NCBI GenBank assembly: GCA_964510165.1
Contig: CAZEBC010000124.1
Coordinates: forward strand, 1 to 12,452
Source of the DNA: an uncultured bacterium
Lineage (GTDB): Bacteria > Abyssobacteria > SURF-5
Reading direction: 5' to 3'
DNA length: 12,452 nucleotides
This document shows, piece after piece, positions 6,873 to 12,452 of the stretch. The position numbers and the translations under genes are program-made. Numbering within the stretch: the first letter of the stretch is position 1; every line of letters starts with the position of its first letter. The notes beneath the pieces are model-generated. The model was not told the DNA's origin, searched no databases, and saw only the letters and a program-made list of their open reading frames with translations.

Positions 6873-8465
6873 ATGAAGGTTGAACTTTACGACACGACCC
6901 TTCGCGATGGAGCGCAGGGAGAGGGAATCGCTTTTTCGCCCGAGGACCAGCTTGCGGTTGCTCAACTGCTCGATGAACTTGGCGTCCATTATATCGAAGG
7001 CGGCCAGCCCGCCTCAAATCCCAAGGCGGTCCAGTTCTTCAAGCAGATAAAAGGCCTAACCCTCAAGCATTCCAGACCGGTCGCTTTCGGGGGAACCTGC
7101 CACCCGCGACACAAGCCCGAGGAAGACGACTCCCTCAAGAAACTTCTTGACGCCGACACCCGGCAGGTCACCATCGTGGGAAAAGCCTGGGACTTTCACG
7201 TGCGAAAGGTCCTCGGCGTTTCGCTGAAAAAGAACCTTGAACTTATCGAGGACACAATACAATTCCTCAGGTCGCGCGACCGAGAGGTCTTCTTTGACGC
7301 GGAACACTTCTTCGACGGCTTCAAGGACAATCCGGCCTATGCGCTTTCCGCTCTGCAAGCCGCCGAACGAGCCGGCGCGACACGCATCATTTTGTGCGAC
7401 ACCAACGGCGGCACCCTTTTCGGACACGTGGCGAAGGCCCTCGATGCGGCCAAAACTGCTACCGCCGTCCCGCTTGGTATCCACATCCATAATGACTCCG
7501 GACTGGCGACCGCCAATACGCTGCTCGCCGTCGAAAAAGGCGCCCTGCAGGTGCAGGGTACGATCAACGGATACGGCGAGCGCTGCGGCAACGCCGACCT
7601 CTGCATTGTAATCCCCAATCTGTGTCTCAAGATGGGAATCCCCGTCATAACCAGGACTCAGCTTGGCAAGTTGCGCGAGGCCTCCCACTACATCAGCGAG
7701 CTCGCAAACATAACGCCGCGCAACAATCAGCCATATGTCGGCCACAGCGCCTTCGCTCATAAGGGCGGTTGGCATGCCGACGCCGTCGCCAAGGACCCGC
7801 GCACCTGCGAGCACGTGTCGCCGGAGGCCGTCGGCAATTATCGGCGAGTCCTCGTCTCGGAACTCGCCGGCAAAGGGAGTCTCGCCACAAAGGCCGAGTC
7901 GATAGGTATCAATATCAAGAAGAAAGACCCGCGCACCCAGCAGTTGATACACCGGTTGAAGGACCTCGAACAGGCTGGTTATCAGTTCGAGGGCGCCGAC
8001 GCCTCGCTCGAACTCCTTATCCACAAGGCGCATGGCACCCACAAGAGCTTCTTCCGGCACGCAGGCTTCCGCGTCATCGTCGAAAAGCGCGCCGATAATC
8101 AGGTCATCTCCGAAGCCACCATCAAGGTCATCGTCGATGGCAAAGGCGAACAGCACACCGCCGCCGAGGGCAACGGCCCCGTCAACGCGCTCGACAACGC
8201 GCTCCGCAAGGCGCTCGAGCCTTTCTACAGCCAGCTTCGCGGCATGCACCTGTCGGACTTCAAAGTGCGCATCCTCGACGCCAAGGCCGGCACCAAAGCC
8301 AAGACGCGCGTGCTCATCGAATCGATGGACGAAAACGACACCTGGAACACCGTTGGCGTAGATGAGAACATCATCGAGGCAAGCTGGCAGGCGCTTGTCG
8401 ACAGCATCGAGTATAAGCTCATGAAAGACGAGCGCTCCAAGCGAAAGCCTGCCCGCAAGAAGTGA
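6873..8465 (+). CDS. cimA: Citramalate synthase (LeuA/CimA family, bacterial Geobacter-type)
   Basis: [84 protein letters not shown]-terminal regulatory domain ([25 protein letters not shown]). Start may instead be ATG 6864 or 6867, overlapping the lysC stop; the ORF-track start at 6774 lies inside lysC and is unlikely. Confidence 0.9.
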   Translation: MKVELYDTTLRDGAQGEGIAFSPEDQLAVAQLLDELGVHYIEGGQPASNPKAVQFFKQIKGLTLKHSRPVAFGGTCHPRHKPEEDDSLKKLLDADTRQVTIVGKAWDFHVRKVLGVSLKKNLELIEDTIQFLRSRDREVFFDAEHFFDGFKDNPAYALSALQAAERAGATRIILCDTNGGTLFGHVAKALDAAKTATAVPLGIHIHNDSGLATANTLLAVEKGALQVQGTINGYGERCGNADLCIVIPNLCLKMGIPVITRTQLGKLREASHYISELANITPRNNQPYVGHSAFAHKGGWHADAVAKDPRTCEHVSPEAVGNYRRVLVSELAGKGSLATKAESIGINIKKKDPRTQQLIHRLKDLEQAGYQFEGADASLELLIHKAHGTHKSFFRHAGFRVIVEKRADNQVISEATIKVIVDGKGEQHTAAEGNGPVNALDNALRKALEPFYSQLRGMHLSDFKVRILDAKAGTKAKTRVLIESMDENDTWNTVGVDENIIEASWQALVDSIEYKLMKDERSKRKPARKK

Positions 8466-8475
8466 GGTGGCGGGC

Positions 8476-8991
8476 ATGGTCTCAGGCGCAGGAAGAGCGA
8501 GTGTCGTTGCGCGTGTGACTTTGCTTGTCATCCTTCTTCTCCCTGCATGCGCTACTATTCCTCCCACATCGCTCGAACTCGACGATGCCCTCTCGAACCC
8601 CGAGGCATACAAGGGAAAGCGGCTGGAACTCACCGGATTCGTCATTGAGTACGAACCCGCGAGAGGCGACGTGTACCGCACGCTCCAGTTCACGCTCGGC
8701 TACGGACCGGAGGAGAAACTGCGCGTATATGCCGCCGGTTACACCGCCGACGCCATCACGAAAGCATCCATCCTTGTCCGCAATGCTTATGAGTCCGGCA
8801 AGCCCCTCACTGTCACTGGCAAACTCGAATTGGGCGCGCCTGACTCGCACCCCGAACTCAAGCTCGAAACCATCGAGTACCTGGGCGAGAAGATCAATGT
8901 TTCCCGCGGTCCCAGGACCAGTTCTGGTTTTGAACTCGGCGGCTGGCAATTTGTCCCCTCCATCGGAATCGAAGCCACCATAACCCCCTGA
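8476..8991 (+). CDS. Hypothetical lipoprotein, probable OB-fold (Slp-like), 171 aa
   Basis: GAGGT at 8464-8468, 7 nt before ATG 8476. Signal peptide ends in a lipobox-like LLPAC. NPEAYKGKRLELTG and GKPLTVTGKL resemble periplasmic OB-fold lipoproteins. Confidence 0.6.
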   Translation: MVSGAGRASVVARVTLLVILLLPACATIPPTSLELDDALSNPEAYKGKRLELTGFVIEYEPARGDVYRTLQFTLGYGPEEKLRVYAAGYTADAITKASILVRNAYESGKPLTVTGKLELGAPDSHPELKLETIEYLGEKINVSRGPRTSSGFELGGWQFVPSIGIEATITP

Positions 8992-9023
8992 GCAAGCGTC
9001 CGCCCGGCGTCAAAATCCAATAA

Positions 9024-9054
9024 TTGGCAATCCGCACCGACATTCATGTATAAT
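9024..9054 (+). promoter_or_regulatory. Probable sigma70 promoter of the Fe-S protein gene
   Basis: Perfect TATAAT at 9049-9054 and TTGGCA at 9024-9029 (19-bp spacer) in an AT-rich intergenic patch. Confidence 0.55.
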
Positions 9055-9077
9055 TTCCACATAATGTGGCGACCCAA

Positions 9078-9129
9078 GGTTATTTGGGGACACCATGTCC
9101 CGCGCTTCGCGAAAGGTCCCCAAATAACC
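9078..9129. repeat. REP-like inverted repeat, family B (GGGGAC...GTCCCC), copy 1
   Basis: Perfect 14-bp arms GGTTATTTGGGGAC (9078-9091)/GTCCCCAAATAACC (9116-9129) with a 24-nt interior. Shares TTGGGGACACCATG with 10238-10251. Confidence 0.8.
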
Positions 9130-9166
9130 GACCGCTTGAACAAGGAGTAGCCAAGAGGAGGTTCTC

Positions 9167-10219
9167 ATGAAGGATGACATATATCTCAAGCTTCGCGAAT
9201 TCCTTGACAGCCTTCCCAGCGGGTTCCCCGCCACCGACAGTGGAGTGGAACTGCGCATACTGAAGAAACTATTCTCCCCCGAAGACGCCGAACTGGCGGT
9301 CAAACTGAAGCAGGAGCCCGAAAGCGCTTCCGACATCGCGAAACGGACCGGCCTGTCCGAGGCGGGACTCGCCCAAAAACTCGAGAGCATGGCAAAACGC
9401 GGATTGATCTTTCGCGTTCGCGAGGACGGCACGCCAAAGTATCAGGCCGTCCAGTTCATCGTCGGTATCTACGAATTCCAACTGAACGCGATGGACCGCG
9501 AGTTCGCCGAGATGATGGAAGAGTACATGCCGTACCTCGGCATGTCCTTCATGCCCCTCGAGACCAAGCAACTCCGCGTCGCGCCTGTGGACGCCGCGGT
9601 TGACGCGCTCCCCGCCGTCGAAACATACAACCGAATCCGCGACCTCGTCAAGAAGCAGGAGTATATCGCGGTCGCACCGTGCATCTGTCGCAAAGAGCAG
9701 GGCATCCTCGGAAATCCGTGCTCCCGCCCGAGCGAGGCCTGCCTGTCCTTCAACCAGTTCGGTCAATACGTCGTTGACAACAAGATGGGCAGACAGATTA
9801 CCACCGACGAGGCGCTGAAAATCCTCGACCTCGCCGAGGAGTCCGCGCTCGTGCTCTGCCCGAGCAACACCCAGGACATTTCATGGATTTGTTGCTGTTG
9901 CGGATGTTGCTGCGGCGGACTCAGACGCCTCAAGCTGCTTGAGAATCCGGCCGACTACATGGCGTCTTCGTACCGGGCCGAGATTGACCCGCAGCTATGC
10001 TCCTTGTGCCAACTTTGCCTCGACCGCTGCCAGGTGGACGCCATCAAGGAAAACGAGCAGGCCATGGAAGTGGACCCTGCCCGATGCATCGGCTGCGGCC
10101 TGTGCGTGCCGACGTGTCCCGAAAGCGCTATCTCGCTGGTCGGTAAGCCTCAGGCGAATGTCCCGCCAAAGGACTTCGAGGACATGCTCGCCCGCATCGC
10201 CAAAGAAAGAGGCTTGTAG
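9167..10219 (+). CDS. 4Fe-4S dicluster (ferredoxin) domain protein with N-terminal HTH-like region and Cys-rich middle domain
   Basis: SD AGGAGGT at 9156-9162. HTH-like SASDIAKRTGLSEAGLAQKLESMAKRGLI. Cys motifs APCICRK, CSRPSEAC, ICCCCGCCC, and two ferredoxin motifs CSLCQLCLDRC and CIGCGLCVPTCP. Confidence 0.85.
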   Translation: MKDDIYLKLREFLDSLPSGFPATDSGVELRILKKLFSPEDAELAVKLKQEPESASDIAKRTGLSEAGLAQKLESMAKRGLIFRVREDGTPKYQAVQFIVGIYEFQLNAMDREFAEMMEEYMPYLGMSFMPLETKQLRVAPVDAAVDALPAVETYNRIRDLVKKQEYIAVAPCICRKEQGILGNPCSRPSEACLSFNQFGQYVVDNKMGRQITTDEALKILDLAEESALVLCPSNTQDISWICCCCGCCCGGLRRLKLLENPADYMASSYRAEIDPQLCSLCQLCLDRCQVDAIKENEQAMEVDPARCIGCGLCVPTCPESAISLVGKPQANVPPKDFEDMLARIAKERGL

Positions 10220-10236
10220 CGGCGGCACCGTCTAAT

Positions 10237-10268
10237 ATTGGGGACACCATGCGAATGGTGTCCCCAAT
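10237..10268. repeat. REP-like inverted repeat, family B, copy 2
   Basis: ATTGGGGACACCAT-GCGA-ATGGTGTCCCCAAT: perfect 14-bp stem with a GNRA tetraloop. Confidence 0.8.
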
Positions 10269-10308
10269 TAATCTTTGATTACACATGATTACTCTGAGGA
10301 ACTCTTTC

Positions 10309-11334
10309 ATGAAAAGAACGATGAAGGCCCTCGTCTTCCCCTCTCCCTGGAACGTGGAACTTGTCGAAATCGAAATCCCCAGACCCGGCCCCGACGAGGT
10401 GCTCGCCGAAATACGCTGCGTCGGCATATGCGGCAGCGATGTCGGCATTTATGAAGGCACGCACTGGATCGTCGCCCACGGACCCGGCGGCCACGGCCAT
10501 GAGACGGGAGCGATCGCGATCGAGGTCGGAAGAAACGTCCAAGGCATCCAGCCCGGCGACCACCTCGCTCGCATGGGCGCAGGCTATGCGCAGTACAGCA
10601 CGCATGTCAACGTGGTCGGACACGGCAAGGACGAGAAATTCGGCGCGCTTCCCATCGTCAGAAACGATTTGACCCTGGAAGAAATCTCGTTCGCCGACGC
10701 CGTCGGTTGCGCCCTCAACTGCGCCGAGCGGGCCGAACTCGACAGCATCAAAGACAGAACCCCCAAAGCCATCGTGCTCGGCCTCGGCCCCATCGGCCTC
10801 ATTCTCACCCAAATCCTGATTAACAGGGGAGTCGAAGTGGCCGTGTCCGAGCCGTACGAGCACAAGCGTCGCCTCGCGCGGGGCTACGGCGCCGCCGTGT
10901 TCAATCCGCGCGAGTTCAGACGCTCCACCCACGGAAAGAGGACATACGCCGAACACATTAAGGAAGAGTTCGGCGAGGCCGACGCCGTCTTCGAAATGGT
11001 CGGAAACAACGACACCCTGCTCGACGCCATCGACCTCGTCCGGCCCGGCTTGCGCGTGCTTGTCTTCGGCGCACAGAAGATCCAGATGATTCCCTACGAG
11101 AATTGCCGGAAGAAAGGAGTCGAACTCGTCTATCCCGAGGCCATGGTCAACTCCAAGGAGGGCGTTGACTACTGGCATGCCGCGCTCGACCTCATCGCCG
11201 GCAAAGACGGCAAGAAACTCGAACTGGCCGACTTGATAACCGACCGCATCTCGCTCGCCGACGCCGTCAAAGCCTTCGAGTACTACGATCGCGAAAAGTG
11301 GATCAAGGTCATCGTCGAACCGTTCCGGGATTGA
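10309..11334 (+). CDS. Zinc-dependent medium-chain dehydrogenase (MDR; sorbitol/threonine dehydrogenase-like), 341 aa
   Basis: GAGGA at 10296-10300 precedes ATG 10309 (ATG 10321 is an alternative). Catalytic-Zn motifs GICGSD and GHE, Rossmann GLGPIG, ADAVFEMVG, C-terminal IKVIVEP. Confidence 0.88.
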   Translation: MKRTMKALVFPSPWNVELVEIEIPRPGPDEVLAEIRCVGICGSDVGIYEGTHWIVAHGPGGHGHETGAIAIEVGRNVQGIQPGDHLARMGAGYAQYSTHVNVVGHGKDEKFGALPIVRNDLTLEEISFADAVGCALNCAERAELDSIKDRTPKAIVLGLGPIGLILTQILINRGVEVAVSEPYEHKRRLARGYGAAVFNPREFRRSTHGKRTYAEHIKEEFGEADAVFEMVGNNDTLLDAIDLVRPGLRVLVFGAQKIQMIPYENCRKKGVELVYPEAMVNSKEGVDYWHAALDLIAGKDGKKLELADLITDRISLADAVKAFEYYDREKWIKVIVEPFRD

Positions 11335-11404
11335 GCCGGGCCGAGGCAACCAGCCTCGTCCTCCGATAGGAATCCGAAACACCACATTTCATGGGGCTGA
11401 CAAC

Positions 11405-12391
11405 ATGACACAAGACGGCGTTGTTGTAGTCGGTGGTATGAACATGGACCTGGTCTGTAAGACTCTCGTCGCTCCGCGCTCCGGCGAAACGGTTGTCGGA
11501 GAAAGCTTCTACAAGGGACTCGGCGGCAAGGGAGCGAATCAGGCGATTGTGATTGCGCGCCTTGGCGTGCCCGTCAGTTTCATCGGACGAGTCGGCGACG
11601 ACGAATTCGGGCAGGAGATGCTCGCCGCCATGCGCGCAAACGGCGTCGGCACACAGCATATGAAGGTCACGAAAGGATGCTCCAGCGGCATCGCGCTCAT
11701 CATCGTTGACGCCAAGGCTCAGAACCAGATCGTCGTTGTGCCGGGGGCCAATGCCGAAGTGAGTCCCGATGACATCGCCGAAGCCGAGGAAACCATCGCG
11801 CAGGCCTCACTCGTCGTCACCCAGTTCGAGACGTCTATTGAGACAGTGGGAAAGACCCTCGCCGTGGCCTCGAAACACCGCGTTCCCCTCATTCTCAATC
11901 CGGCGCCAGTCATCAACGAGCGCATTGACCCCGCGCTCCTGAGGCAGGTCGAAATCCTCGTCCCCAACGAGACGGAGACTGAATCGCTCACGGGGGTGAA
12001 GCACCAGACTCCGGAATTTGCCGAAGCCGCAGCCGATGTTTTCCTCAAGATGGGCGTCAAGAAGACAATCATCACGCTCGGAGAGGGCGGAAGCGTGCTG
12101 GCGACCGGGGACGAAGTGAGACATATCCCCGCTTTCAAGGTAACGCCCATAGACACGACCGCGGCCGGCGACGCCTTCGTGGGCGCGCTCGCGGCTGGCT
12201 TTTCTTACATTCCTGACATGAGCATGCTGGTCAGATTCGCATCCGCCGCAGGAGCGCTTACGGTCATGAAAAGGGGCGCACAGGCGTCTCTGCCGACCCG
12301 GCAGGAGTTGGAGGATTTCCTTCGCCGTTACAGCGCCGAATTGCTAGATGTTTTCCAGAACATGCCAGCGCGCGGAGAATCACCGCTTTGA
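11405..12391 (+). CDS. rbsK: Ribokinase (PfkB family)
   Basis: GGMNMDLV, GET, GGKGANQA, GRVGDDEFG, QFE, LNPAP, PNETE, ITLGEGG, PfkB signature DTTAAGDAFVG, GAQASLP. Confidence 0.88.
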   Translation: MTQDGVVVVGGMNMDLVCKTLVAPRSGETVVGESFYKGLGGKGANQAIVIARLGVPVSFIGRVGDDEFGQEMLAAMRANGVGTQHMKVTKGCSSGIALIIVDAKAQNQIVVVPGANAEVSPDDIAEAEETIAQASLVVTQFETSIETVGKTLAVASKHRVPLILNPAPVINERIDPALLRQVEILVPNETETESLTGVKHQTPEFAEAAADVFLKMGVKKTIITLGEGGSVLATGDEVRHIPAFKVTPIDTTAAGDAFVGALAAGFSYIPDMSMLVRFASAAGALTVMKRGAQASLPTRQELEDFLRRYSAELLDVFQNMPARGESPL

Positions 12392-12423
12392 CGCACAAAG
12401 GAATCACGCGTCGGCGTTCGGTT

Positions 12424-12452
12424 TGGTGGGCGGTACTGGGCTCGAACCAGTG
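12424..12452 (-). tRNA. tRNA 3' portion (T-arm, acceptor 3' strand, CCA), probably tRNA-Val; truncated by the window end
   Basis: Reverse complement CACTGG-TTCGAGC-CCAGT-ACCGCCC-ACCA: T-stem ACTGG/CCAGT, TTCGA loop, discriminator A, encoded CCA. The anticodon is outside the window, so Val is inferred only from the acceptor and T-stem sequence. Confidence 0.85.

Noticed and set aside
7056..8693. Long minus-strand ORFs (545 aa here; also 226..1152, 1388..2122, 2889..3662, 10279..11385)
   Set aside because: They are antisense shadows of well-supported + strand genes, expected from GC-rich codon bias, and carry no recognisable motifs.
9024..9040. TTGGCA as a sigma54 -24 element
   Set aside because: No TTGC/-12 element at the required spacing.
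4159..10268. About 30-bp palindromic repeats as possible CRISPR repeats or integron attC sites
   Set aside because: They are separated by whole genes, not spacers; there are two unrelated families; no cas or intI gene; no RYYYAAC/GTTRRRY attC ends were recognised.

Overview
GC-rich, mostly housekeeping bacterial region from a diderm (six-domain S1, outer-membrane barrel). All ten protein genes are on the + strand. In order: the tail of an outer-membrane beta-barrel + LolA-like carrier locus; rpsA with its own sigma70 promoter; an amino-acid cluster (ApgM-type phosphoglycerate mutase/proposed homoserine kinase, aspartate kinase with a nested beta-subunit start, citramalate synthase, OB-fold lipoprotein); a Cys-rich HTH-Fe-S protein; a Zn-dependent dehydrogenase lacking the structural-Zn lobe; ribokinase; and the 3' end of a convergent tRNA (probably Val). 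No transposase, integrase or CRISPR array is visible. The most interesting signals are non-coding: two REP-like palindrome families (one showing a compensatory base-pair change, the other bracketing the Fe-S gene), an attenuator-like set of mutually exclusive helices between rpsA and the amino-acid cluster, and hairpins between the Shine-Dalgarno and AUG of rpsA and lysC. All family calls come from motif recognition by eye; no searches or folding programs were run.
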